The translations under genes and the position numbers were made by a program. This document shows, piece by piece, positions 24,333-36,533 of a stretch of DNA of 51,706 nt. Every line of letters starts with the position of its first letter. The stretch's first letter is position 1. The notes under the pieces were generated by a model, which saw only the letters and a list, made by a program, of their open reading frames with translations, searched no databases and was not told where the DNA came from. The stretch lies in the NCBI GenBank assembly GCA_025201805.1, contig MU619275.1, positions 181,993 through 233,698 on the forward strand, given 5' to 3'. This stretch comes from Parasitella parasitica NRRL 2501 (Eukaryota; Fungi; Mucoromycota).

Positions 24333-25974
24333 ATGTACTACTTTCCACATACGAAAGGAAAAGATTGGGACGTTATTGATGCTTTTTGTGCTTACGACAA
24401 AGAATTCTCTGACCTTGATCCTCTCAGTATCCTTAAAATAATGGAATCTGCTTTGATTCAGTTCGAAAAGGCACAAGCTTCATTGAGGAAGTATGTCTTT
24501 CGTGTCCTTGACAATGTTAAAGTAAGAAATCTTTGCAATGTCTTGATTCCATTCATTATTAATTTTTTTTTACCTAAAGAAACTTCTCAGCTTGAATTGC
24601 GTCAAAGAAAACACTCTTGATGATACCGATCCAAATGAACAAATACCTCACGAAGAAGCATCCGAGAAGTAAAACGCACCTGTTGAAGCAAACACAAATG
24701 AACACTCGCCCCAAAGTCCTGACGTCCAATCGACTTCTTCTAGTTTTTATAGCAATAAACCTTCTGGCTCCATTCCTAATGTTACCAATCGAGTCAAAAT
24801 CGCAAAGTTTTCTGGCAACTTTGTGAACGGAGGTGTACAATATGTCGACAACGTAATGAAACTCAAAGTTTATTTGCAGCTTGTTTTTATTTTATTTATT
24901 TATTTTTTAGCGTTTGCATGATATCTCAAACGTTACACCCTCCGCTGATAAGCTGGTAAATGACTTCCTATCATATTTTAATTCCTGTAATCATTTTTAA
25001 TGCATAGACCAGCGTGATTTTAACTGAAGGATCCAAAAAGTATCGAATTACAACGCCTGATCACAAATCTGACAATTTGCACCAGCCAAAAATTCGTAAA
25101 GTTCAATTGATACATTGAAAAGCTTAGTACATATTGGAACATCTTTTGCATCGGATAATCCCATCACAATGGGCAGTGTAGTAAAAAAGTGTAAAAACAA
25201 CAATAGATATAATTTAATCCCTTCTTTATTTTGAAATAGGATAACGTGCAAAGGTTAGACATTTTAACTCTATTTATATTCGTTGTTGTAAACGGTCTGT
25301 CTGTCAGTTACGCCGTAACTGTCAGTCAAGTTTTTCTGTATTTGATTCTACATAATCAAGTACGGTATTCTAATATCGATGTTTCTGACACATTTGTAAA
25401 TGACATGCATAGACCAGTCCTTATATTGGTCTATACGTTCCAAATGTGGTTTCTGGCTCGATTTCTTTTATAAATGCTTCGCGGTTTCACGGTTAGATAT
25501 TTAGGTAATTTGTTCATTAACTTGATTTGGCATCTCTAAGGTAGCTCCATAAGAGATGACATTCAATTACTTTTTTGTGGGAAGTTTTATCACTTCAGCA
25601 CAGGCAGCTACAAAACTTATGAACGGCACCAATCTGAAAACAGATCTCTTCTTAGCCATGGATTGCTCGAACACATCCTACACCATCTAGAAAATGACAA
25701 TAATGAATCCTTTGTACAACAATTATGGACAGCAGGGACTGATGGGTTGACAGATAAAGCAACTGCTTTGTTGGAGATTATCCGGTACACTTTAACATCA
25801 TTCCACCCTGTGTTCAGCAACGTATCCCTTTTGACGCAAAATCATGAAAAAGCGCCTTTTATTGAAAACATTGTACCATCTTTCTTGTCACTGTCAAGGA
25901 CCACAGGTTTTGTTGAAACCCAACATGTGTTAAAGCAACTTATGAAAGAAAAACTTCGGATTGATTTTGAATGA
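24333..25974 (+). pseudogene. Decayed gene of a Mucorales-expanded family, probably REase-fold associated
   Basis: Fragments MYYFPHTKGKDWDVIDAF... and EIIRYTLTSFH...NHEKAPFIENIVPSFLSLSRTTGFVE are separated by stops and frameshifts. The second resembles the helix that precedes PD-(D/E)XK cores; the core itself is not visible. Confidence 0.45.
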
Positions 25975-26244
25975 AGGACCCTCAGTTGCAAACATGTTTC
26001 AAGAATAGTTTTTTCATGTCTATTCTTGTATGAATAAACACTCTTTATCATCCACTCTTTTCCAGCCTGACTGTGCTGTTAAATTTTTTTTGGTGATCGG
26101 CCATTGGTGATTCTGTTCGTTATATGCTGAAGGAAGCCACACTATGTTGAATTTAAAGTCGATTATTTGTTTGCAGTTGCTGTTACTTTTTTCAGTTCTT
26201 GCAAAGTTCAAGCGGTATACTATCAATCCAAATAAATATAACAG

Positions 26245-27008
26245 ATGGGAACAGGGGACAAAATTGCACTTATTCTGGTTGATATTCAAAATGATTTCCT
26301 TGAGAAAGGTTCGCTTGCAGTGACCGACTCTAATAGTATTTTACGTCCTGTAAATAGCCTTATACATCAGGTAAAAGCGAAGAATGGACTCATTATCGCA
26401 ACCAAGGTACAATAGCAAACAATTAGGACATGAATTGCAGATCTAGACTCTAATTATTATCAAGGACTGGCATCCACAAAACCATATAAGCTTTGCTTCC
26501 AATAATTCAGATAAGCACGTATTTGAGACTAAAGAAATAGAGTATGATGGAATCAAAGGAATGCAAGTAATGTGGCCCGATCATTGTGTGGTAAGGTAAA
26601 TAGGATCAGTATTTATTAAAAAAAACTGAAAGGTTAAGGTAGCAAAATACGTTCGGTTCAGAGATATCCAAAGAAATCAATGAAAATGACATTGATTTTA
26701 TTGTTAAAAAGGGCATGAATCATCGCGTAGATTCTTACAGCGCTTTTGCCGATAACAATTATTCAGAAATCACAACTTTGGCAAAGATATTATATCAAAA
26801 CCACGTTGAGACCGTCATAATTGTTGGTCTTGCAGCAGATTATTGTGTCAAACTAACTTGTCTTGATGCCATCAAATTCGGGTTCAAAACTATCCTGGTG
26901 AAAGAATGCACGAAGCCTGTCAATAAAGAGCGATTTGAACCCACACTTGCTGAGCTAAAGGCAAAAGGCGTTTTCATACAACATTACTCTGAAACCTTTG
27001 TTGAATAA
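26245..27008 (+). CDS. PNC1: Nicotinamidase/pyrazinamidase (3 exons)
   Basis: LILVDIQNDFLEKGSLAV, TKDWHPQNHISFAS, WPDHCVQ, KG...DSYSAF and VGLAADYCV; introns 26407-26464 and 26591-26642. Confidence 0.95.
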
Positions 27009-27153
27009 ATATCTGAAAATTTGCATGTACTTAATCTTTTCCTTCATCAACAAAAAACAAAAACAGAGAATCAATAGGCTTTTATATTATGTAACGTAAT
27101 AAAGTAATATACAGTTTTCGCTAGTTTGTTCCATCTAGTAGAATATCAGGTTC

Positions 27154-28764
27154 CTACAAAGGCTCAACAAAGTTTGCGGGAAACTAGCAAGATGTTAGCA
27201 CAGCTGCTGCTGTCGTAGTTTCTAACACTTACGATGCCTTGACGGCTGTCGATTCTCCCGGTCCACCAGTCATCCTGTGTATTTGATTTTTCGACAACGG
27301 TAATGATATCTCCCTTGTGGAATGCCAAATCACCTTCTTGCTCACCGGCGAAATTGAACAAAGCACGAGCACGAGAGCCTTCGTTGTTATTTGTGAGAGT
27401 CAAGGCTCGACTATTACTGTTTTCGTAGCTCGTGAGATTGGGTGATGGAACACCTGAAATCAGTCTTGGGGGATTATTCTCACAATTACTATCTTGCCTC
27501 CAAGAAGAAGTGCTGCCTCCTCTAGACCTATTTCCATAGCTATCATTGTTTCGTACATTAGGGCTAAGTCCTCCTCCTCCACCTGTTTTAGCCAAATTAT
27601 GAACAGCGGCACGACTGAATGATAAAGCTCCATTAGGTGAATCCATACTATCATATGCATTGTTATTTGATCTTCTGCTGCTGGGTGTGTCGTCATAGCG
27701 ATTATACGGATCATCATTACCATCGTGATTCCGATCAAAGCTGCTGTAGCGCCCGTCTGATCTATAACCAGTATTGTAATTATCCATATGTCCAAAACTT
27801 CCACCGCCTCTATGACCGGATTTTATCTCTAATGCACGATATAGAGAGTCTGCCGCTGGAGGTGGAGGAATTGTACCGTTCAACAAATCACGAGTTTTCA
27901 CTTTACTACCATACAATTTCTTATTGGCATCGAAACGTTCAAGGATGACGGACCCTTCCAATGATACACCTGCAAATAGACCTCTTGTCTTACTATAAGA
28001 ATAAACAGCAGAAACATTTTTGATGGATGCAGTTCCAGAAGCTTCAGCATTTCTGCCAATAGGGCCAGCTGCAACTAATAACATTTACCAAGAATAGTAA
28101 ATACTTGCTCCGATACATCGAACTTGCTTGCTTCTTTATTTACCTGAAATGTTTCCACCTAAAGTAATGGATCCGTGGTGCATAAATGATTTCACAGCAG
28201 ATGCTGTATTCAATACCATAATAAAGTCTGTAAGCTCCGCACCAACTTGTCCACCAAATCCCATACCACCTGTTATTATTGCAGATGGTGCTGACCAATC
28301 TGATAATATATTGAGTAAATATGTTTGTATAAATACCTGTAAAAAACAACTTACTTCCATCAGGTAACCTATAGACCGAAGAGAGGGGGAGGGGGTTAAA
28401 TTCAAGCACAAGTTTTAGTAGAACTTAATTACCTAGCAATTACTAAACCTGAGCCTGCTCGCCCCGAGAATAAAAATCCAGCCTTCAAAACAGTAAATAT
28501 TGCCAAGCCTTTTGCATCACTAAGAATATGAGAAGGGATGATAAAGTCTACACCCTTTCCATCATCTTACTCCCGAGAAAAGTTAATTTATCTTGCCAAT
28601 TAGAGTTTTATACGACTTTTTACCTGTAAAACTATTTAGTATACGAGCTGCTTTTCGACATTCGGCTAAATTAACGATAGCGTTAATAGGCTATGCATTG
28701 CATGATTATAATATTTACAAGCCAAACTTGAAGGAAGAGGTGAGTTAATGCTAAATCCCCCCAT
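27154..28764 (-). CDS. YSC84: SYLF/YAB-domain plus SH3 actin regulator (Ysc84/Lsb3 family)
   Basis: INSPLPSSL, KAGFLFSGRAGSG, WSAPSAI, GGQVGAELTDF, VAAGPIGRNAEA; SH3 ALFNFAGEQEGDLAF..WWTG..GIFPANFV. Confidence 0.93.
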
Positions 28765-29372
28765 ATTAAATATATTGAACTTGAGAAAAAAAAAAAGAAA
28801 GAGGTATTGGGCACCATAATGCCCAACACTTTTCTTTTTATTCTTCAACTGACTTTCAAGCACCTACATTTACATCATAGATTACTAAATGAAGGTTGTT
28901 TGACACAATTAGTTTGCGAACACTTACTTTGACTTTCATGAAAATCATTACTTTGCGTTTCAATCTTGGTTCGCTTAGGAAATCTATCGTCGTGATTGCT
29001 GTCAGTGATCATCACCTTCTTATGATGATAAGAGATGTGAAACAAACATCGTGCATAATTTCAAAAGATTGAAACCAAATTCCGCACAAATTATATTCTC
29101 AAAATACCATGGATAGGAGAAATATGCTTTTATTCATAATTACTACTGTAGCAAATTTCAATTGAATCTGCCACATAATTTTATGCTTAATCTGAGTAAA
29201 GAGAATATAAAATACATTTACAAGGGCTATAAACAGTTTTTTCATAATTTGATATCCAATTGCTAATAGTATATCCTTCATTTTTTAAAGCATTACTTTA
29301 ACACTAGTGATTTTTCACTCGAATAAGCCAAGCTCACTACACAGAAAACATTGACGATTGCAGATGTGCATA

Positions 29373-29757
29373 CAGTCAAGCTTATAGAAATTGGAATTTT
29401 CTTGAATATAATTGAAAAATAAATGCCCACTTTCGACCATAAAAAGAAGACTAGTTTGCCTGGACATTTGACCACATTTTACAGATAGTCTGACCAATTT
29501 TTGGTCAAATAAATCACAAAGATTCTTTATTTAAGCGTTTAGGGATATACCTTATGAAATGCTAAATGAAACTGCAAATATTCAACTGGAACATCTTTGC
29601 TTCCTTCAACGACTCTTGAGGTAGGAGTTTCCACATCCAACTCGCTCATTCTGACTCTATTCTTCAAAGCTTTTCAAAAATGTCTAATAAGATTGAGCTC
29701 AGGTGAATAGAATTAAAATCATACAGGTATGTATTCCATTCGATACTTACAGGATTA
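29373..29757 (+). repeat. Left terminal inverted repeat
   Basis: Reverse complement of 32771-33175, with a near-identical ~150-bp core. Confidence 0.93.
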
Positions 29758-29993
29758 GCGATGCAGCGGATAGAGGACGGGGATTAGCATTACTATGATA
29801 TCAGTACAAGTTCCACTAATTCACATTATTCGGCTTTGTAGGTGCCTCGGTTTTCACATCATGTTGGATGGCCATTGTATTAGGATTTTGAATAAGATTA
29901 GGATGGAAGTTGAAGCAAGTGGGATGTGGTAACATAAAAAGTGTAGTTAGTAATAAGTCTAATAATTAATATATGTTAAAAAGTAGCAAGGGA

Positions 29994-30562
29994 GAAACCC
30001 AAATGGATGATGAACGCAGATCGTCATAACATTGGTAACGTCGAGAAGTTTGTCTCCAACCTTACACGAAAAAACAAAAGTTTTTTCTAGCAAGATTTTC
30101 TCTGACTACTGTTCCCATTGCAACTTCCACACGTGTGCAGAAGAAACCCAATACATGTACATCCAAGAACCATTCATCGCACCAGTGACAAGAGGAATTC
30201 GCCTCCAATCTTACACGAAAAAACAAAAGTTCCCTCTAGCAAGTCTTCTCTGGCTACTAACCGCCTGCAACTCCCTGTGTGAAGCAAACCCGAATGGATG
30301 ATGAACGCAAATCGTCATAACATTGGTAACGTCGAGAAGTTTGTCTCCAACCTTACACGAAAAAACAAGAGTTTCTTCTAGCAAGATTTTCTCTGACTAC
30401 TGTTCCCATTGCAACTCCCACACGTGTGCAGAAGAAACCCAATGCATGTACATCCAAGAACCATTCATCGCACCAGTGACAAGGGGAATTCGCCTCCAAT
30501 CTTACACGAAAAAACAAAAGTTCCCTCTAGCAAGTCTTCTCTGGCTACTAACCACCTGCAAG
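29994..30562 (+). repeat. Higher-order tandem repeat: 2 x 291 bp, each made of two diverged ~146-bp monomers
   Basis: ORFs 30032 and 30323 are near-identical and 291 bp apart. Motif CTCCAAYCTTACACGAAAAAACAARAGTT..CTAGCAAG occurs at 30054, 30203, 30345 and 30494. Confidence 0.93.
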
Positions 30563-30825
30563 TTCACACCGCCTTCCAGATGAACAGTATCTGTTTTTTT
30601 TTATTACTTTTTACCTCTTTCACATCTTCTAAATTAAGGCTAGTGTCCCATTTTCATTTGACCGATCCCAAACTGATTGCAAATACGATCAAAGATAATA
30701 GTGTGATATAAAGCAAACAAATAATGAACATGGTCAATATTGGTTTTATCAGCTGATTTCATTGACTGCTTTAAGTTGTACAATTATAAAGGTTGACACT
30801 AATGCTAATCTGATAACATCTAACA

Positions 30826-32491
30826 ATGCCACCTAAAAAAAAAAGTAAAGCTGTTAAAGAAGGTTCCCGAAGATGCTAAATGGTGTCTTGATCGTTCCAA
30901 TCACCTGTCGTTCAGAGACTTTATTGAAAAGTGGGATTGCCTTGACAGAAACCAGGCTCAACAGCGATTTGGGAACATCTTGAGCGAATATTTCAAATCA
31001 AAAAGCACTACTAATACGAAGATTCGCGATGACTACAAGAATTGGTTTCGAGTACAGACTTCATACGATTCTGGTCTACGCGGTCAGAATCGAATACACT
31101 ACTTAAAACTGAATTGGGTTGTAGCGAGATCATCGACATTGTGATTGAACAGCGACTCAAATATCTACAAACCACTGCTGCAAGCAACGGGGAGCCTGGT
31201 GGTGATTCCTCTGCTCTTAATGTCTCTAGCAGTTCTTCTACTCCTGATGTCTCTGGTGATTCTTCTGTTCCCAATGAACCAACAAGTCTCACTCATACCA
31301 TGTTGCTTGAAGCGGGGGACTATTTGATCAGTGTCATGACTAACTTTTTAAACAAAGAAGATACAAACGATAATCCATGGATATTCAAGGATATTGACAT
31401 TAGTCATTTATTCCGCGAATACCAGGCTGCTACTAGCGAAATCCTGGTGAAACACAAGGCCCTAACAGTGGAATCCTACGTGCATGAACTCGCGTCTTTG
31501 ACCCACATTATTTTCCTTTGCAAAGATCAACATAGCGAGATTGCAGAAAAGGTTTTTTCTTTGGAAACACTGCAGCAACTCACGGCTTTCCTTGAACGAA
31601 AGACAATAAGCCGTGAACTTGACTTTCCTTCGAACCATTTTATGACAATCACCAATACTCTTACGGATCTCAGCTTGGCAAACAAAACAAGAGAACAAGC
31701 AATTATGGAGTTTACAGTTCTGGCTTCTCAGATAAATTATGGCCAAAAGCGTCTTCTATATGGTATTATCAACCTGTAAGTTTTGATGGAATTTATAAAA
31801 ATTATGACTTAACTGACTTTTTTTGTGGGACCTCGAGTGAAGGATTCAGAAACTCCCAACAAGCCCTTTAAATGTCTACAAACAAATTAGTGAAAGCGAG
31901 TTGTGGAATACGTACTTCGATCCCCTATTGTCTTGCATCATCAGCGATCCTGACCGGCTCATTCATCTTCGCTGGACTAATTCTACCCCTATGGAAAAAG
32001 GAAAAAGTCGACCTGATGCAGTAATTAGTGAAAAGCAACAAATGTCATTTGGAAATAGTGTCGGTTATGGTGAGGCCAAAAGCCAGCAAGGTTCTTGTAG
32101 CAAGTCATTATGTCTGGACACGCTCCGTTTGGCGATATTCACAAAAAATGCCATTGATATCAATAAGCTTGATGGTGCTCTTGCCTTTTAAATCCATGCT
32201 TTCAATATCACTTTTTACCTTCAAAAATTAACTGCCAAGGGTATATATACCGTTATTGAAATTGCTCACTTTCGCTTTCCTCAACCCCTGGATGATTTAC
32301 CCTCTCTCTTCACTATGATCAATATCAAAAAACTCCTTGGTGTCAGCGACGTTTTCTGGAGCCTCTGTAAAAAATCCAAGCAATCCGATATAATTGAAGA
32401 AAGATACAGAAGAACTCTAGTGAGTTTGGATGCCATGATTGATACAGCTCAAGACATCACACGCCGATGTGTTTTGAGATTTGGCCACTAG
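30826..32491 (+). pseudogene. PD-(D/E)XK (RPD...GEAK) REase-fold cargo gene, disrupted
   Basis: MPPKKKSK start, frameshifts near 30860 and 31045, intron 31776-31842. Then ESELWNTYFDPLL...KSRPDAVIS...GYGEAK...DTLRLAIFTKNAID. In-frame TAA at 32189-32191, after which the frame stays open to TAG 32491. Confidence 0.8.
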
Positions 32492-32770
32492 TCAATGATT
32501 ATAAATGAGTATATACTACTGTATAGTTTCTTTTTTTTTTAAAAAAAAAATTGTCTATTTCAAATTAATCAATGGTGTCTCCTCTGTCTTTTATGGCAAA
32601 CATATATCTGGTTATGGCTAATGGCATTCACTAAAGGAAGACACACAACTTACCAACCATAACATGTATTATATATAAACCCTTTCATTTGAATTGTAAT
32701 AAAAACATTCGGTAATAGTTGCAATGTATTTTTATTACTTATCTACCATCATTTTATGGTAATGTATCTT

Positions 32771-33175
32771 TAATCCTGTAATTATCGAACGAGAATACGG
32801 TACACACCTGTATAACACTCATTCTATTCACCTGAGCTCAACTTTATTGAACAGTTTTGAAAAGCTTTGAAGAATAGTGCCAGAATAAGCGAGTTGACTG
32901 ATGTGGAAGCTCCTACCTCAAGGGTCGTTGAAGGAAGCAAAGATGTTCCAGTTGAATATTTGCAGTTTCATTTAGCATTTCATAAGGTATATCCCTAAAC
33001 GCTTAAATAAAGAATCTTTGTGATTTATTTGACCAGAAATTGGTCAGACTATCTGTAAAATGTGGTCAAATTAGCCTCAAACGTCCGGGCAAACTAGTCT
33101 TCCTTTTACGGTCGAAAGTGGGCATTTATTTTTGAATTTAGGTCAAGAAAACGCCAATTTCCATAAGCTTGACTG
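32771..33175 (-). repeat. Right terminal inverted repeat
   Basis: Reverse complement of 29373-29757, with an ~11-bp indel near 33070. Confidence 0.93.
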
Positions 33176-33244
33176 TAATAGTTCATGCTAACACTCTTTT
33201 ATTTAGAGATTGGCACATGATTATTTGTGAATCGGTTTGGACAT

Positions 33245-33969
33245 TTACAATCGGTTTGACCTTTTGTTGGCCAAGGTCATTAGCTCTTCATTGTTTTTGA
33301 TGAATTCCAATGCACGCTATTTATGAAAAATTACGTTTGAGCTGCAAAAGAAATTTCCTTTATGTATATAGCACATCGTAAACTTACGTCTTTACCGCCT
33401 GCTCTTTCAAAAACCTCTTCCAGCTTTTGTGCAAGGACGAGATCGCCACGAACTTTGATCCTGCCGGCCGTGTAGGCCTTTACACCAGTTAAGCTGAATG
33501 CATGGTAAGTTATTACATATACATTGATGCAAAAAGCTAATTCCATACCCTCCTGTGATAAAGTTCAAGAGGTCATGGTCTTCCACTTGAATCTTGACCC
33601 TCTTAATTTTCCCTTGTGTAGAAGATCGAGCTTTATCCTTGTCTGAAGTGATAACAGGTTGAATTTCATTTCCTACACGTTGAAAAAGGTTTGGATCCAG
33701 GGCAATGATGTGCAACGCGTCGACTATTATGATTACCTTGCAAAAGGAGATACCTTGAATACAAAAAAAAAAAGCAAGAATAAATCATGAACACACTTAT
33801 AACCTTATCCGATAGATAATTCATACCAAGTTGCTGCTGGCTTTCTTCTTTTTGTTACAGTCAAGATGAATAAACCTTTGACATTAGGCCAGAGAGAGTC
33901 ATCCAGAGCCAATTGGCGGTCAAGCTCAGGTAGAACAAGATCGGATATAAGTGAAGTCTTTTTTGGCAT
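33245..33969 (-). CDS. SCP2 sterol/lipid-binding domain protein (5 exons), C-terminus -NRL
   Basis: IQVEDHDLLNFITGG-LTGVKAYTAGRIKVRGDLVLAQKLE is an SCP2 signature; canonical introns, including around a 17-nt exon. Confidence 0.8.
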
Positions 33970-34245
33970 AGGATATATGATCAATGGGTTTACAAAGAAA
34001 GAAGGGGATGAATATGCGTGATATAAGATATTTCTGAGTTCCAAGCATGTGAGTCTCTCACACTTGTTGTTTACATTGAAGCAAGGCGTACAAAGATACA
34101 AGTTGCATAATAATAATGTCTTTTTTTTATTATTTCTTTGAAGGTGTTTTTCAGAGTATTTTTTGTAAATATAGATTCAAATAGAGTACAGAAAGAAGAA
34201 AACATGATGTGATCTAATAAATTAAAGGTCTTGTAATGTTATTAT

Positions 34246-36533
34246 TTACAACTTGGCAGGTTGGGCAGAGCCTTCCAACTTCTTGGGTCCTTTGACAACA
34301 AAAGGCTTGATGCACTCATCGTAACCATCAACAACCAAGGTGTGATTTAAAGGTTCTCTTTCAGCCATTTCAGTCATAGATTCATAGACTTTACCGTCAT
34401 AGCGACCCAGAGCAGAATGCAAAAAGTAATCTGGCAAAGCAAAGGCATCCACCAACGAAACAGCCTCCGGGCGGATTTGTTCCAAAAGATGGATAACTTG
34501 CTCCTTCAACATGGCAGATTGATCAGCATTCAAATAACCGGATACAAGGAACTCGGAGAGTTCCTTTTCCATGGTGTGAAGAGCAAAGAGGGAGGCGAGG
34601 ACGCGGAGAACCTTTACCATAGGGCGATTTTCAGGCTTGGAGAGTTGTTCATCATTTTGGAGAGTGACAATAAAGTTGCGGATAAGCATGAATTGACTGT
34701 GAGCTTTGGAAATACGACTAATTTCAACCAGCATAGAGTTCCAAGAGCGGCCATGATGGTCGATTTGCTCAGCGACTTTAGCAATGCCGAATGCGGCACG
34801 GAAACCAAAGGCAGACAAGATCAACTCAGGGTTCGAGAAATCTTCAGGCTTTGTCGCAGGACATTTGGCATTGGGATTCTCCAAATATTGAGTCAAGTAG
34901 GTAACGGTTTGATTGTATTCAGAAGGTTCAGCTTTGCCCGCAACAACATTACGGAAAGTCTTGAGCAAGTAACGAGCAGTTTGTTGAGTAAGGATGTAGT
35001 TATCGCCTTCCCAAGTGACATTGGGGAGGTAGTCTTGATAAAATTGACCCAAGCCAGAAAACATGCTGTAACCATGACCACCGCAGGCACGTCTGCAATC
35101 TTCAATGGCATCAATGGCCATGGTAGTAGTCAAACTCTTGAGGCCGGAAGAACTGGCATGGAGATCGGCCAATAGAGAGAAGTTACCTTGTTGCATGGCT
35201 TCTTGGTTCAGGTTATAAAGACGAATCATTTCACGTCCAGTGAAGAAACAAGCATACGCAGCGGCAACAGCAGGCAAAAGGCGATATTGCTGCATGGTAT
35301 AGTCGAGAACAGGTGTCTCAATGACCTTATTATCCCACTTTCTGGGGTTGGCAGCATCGACAAATTGCTGACGAATAGCAGAATAACGAATAGCAATGGT
35401 AGTAGCTTTGGCAAGAGCATAACGAACACCTAAAACAATGTGTGCACGAACAAATACCATGGTGCCATAAGACAGCTTGGCATTAGGAGGCTTTGAGTAT
35501 TCACCAGTGCCGGCTTTAACTTGAGAGTACTTGGCCAAGAAAGCAACATGAGGAATACGGTAATGATCAAACATAATGAAGCCGTTGTCGACAGTATTGA
35601 AACCAAACTTGGGCCCAATATCACCTACAGTGATCCCTGGGAGAGGAGTGTGGTCTTCAAGGCTACGGATTTGGACGCAAAAAGGGTGAGGACCCAAGTC
35701 CTTACCATCTGTAATCAAGCGTGCCATGACGATCGCATGATTAGCAGCCTTACCAAGACCGCCAATCCACCATTTAGCAGATGTCAAAGTAGGTGAATGG
35801 AGCTCAAATTCGTTGGTCTCAGGGATATAGGTAGCAGTAGTTTCCAGACCTTGAACATTAGAGCCATGGCCAAGCTATATATAATATTAGGACTTAGTAT
35901 CTGATCCTTCAATCCTCCTCATTCACAAAGGGTACTTTACCTCAGTTTGAGCATAACACCCAATGATACGATGCTTCAATGCAGGTTCAAGGAAAAGCTT
36001 CTTTTGTTCGTCCGTGGTTTGATTTCTTAGAGTGGGGATGAACATGTTGTAATGAAGCGTAAACTAGTGAAGGTGATAAACATGACTAATTGAGCTTTGT
36101 ATGTGTCATTTAAACAGGACTTACAGGACTGGATTGATCAAACAAGAAATTGGCAATCTGGGTGTCAGTTTCATCCCAATTTTGCTCCCTATGTTAAACC
36201 CGCTTAATAAATCCATACCATCAGATGATAAATCGCTTCATGAGATACATACTTTACAACCTCGATGAGACGCTTATCCTTCCACAAAGAAGTAGAAATC
36301 TTATCCTTACGGCTCAGATAATAGCGGTTGGTTTTATCGAAAGCAGGTTCGGACTCCATGACTTCGAGTACCTTGTGCATTTTTTGCAGCCATTCTTCAG
36401 TGTACATGAATTTAGACAGTTCGTTGACGTCAAATGTGCCTTTTGCTCTTTCATTAGCTAAGAAAAGTTCACCAGAAGGACCCTTGGGCGCAAGTTTAGG
36501 AAACTTGGTAGCAACGTTATTATCAAAAGTCAT
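34246..36533 (-). CDS. POX1: Peroxisomal acyl-CoA oxidase (4 exons), PTS1 -AKL
   Basis: GCYAQTELGHGSNV, KWWIGGLG, GDIGPKFG, CRRACGGHGYS, TWEGDN and SALGRYDG motifs. Confidence 0.96.

Larger units (their letters stand above)
29373..33175. mobile_element. Non-autonomous Tc1/mariner (pogo-like) TIR element, TA target duplication, ~390-bp TIRs, nuclease cargo
   Basis: TA|CAGTCAAGCTTA... at 29371 and ...TAAGCTTGACTG|TA ending at 33177; long inverted repeats 29373-29757 and 32771-33175. Confidence 0.92.

Noticed and set aside
25294-25325. Palindrome CAGTTACG-C-CGTAACTG as a Helitron or MITE end
   Set aside because: No CTRR terminus or partner repeat was found.
30032-30583. Duplicated 86-89 aa ORFs
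   Set aside because: Non-ATG starts; a by-product of the 291-bp tandem repeat.
34417-35175. 252-aa antisense ORF, and similar ones at 21713 and 45837
   Set aside because: Shadow frames of codon-biased genes on the opposite strand.
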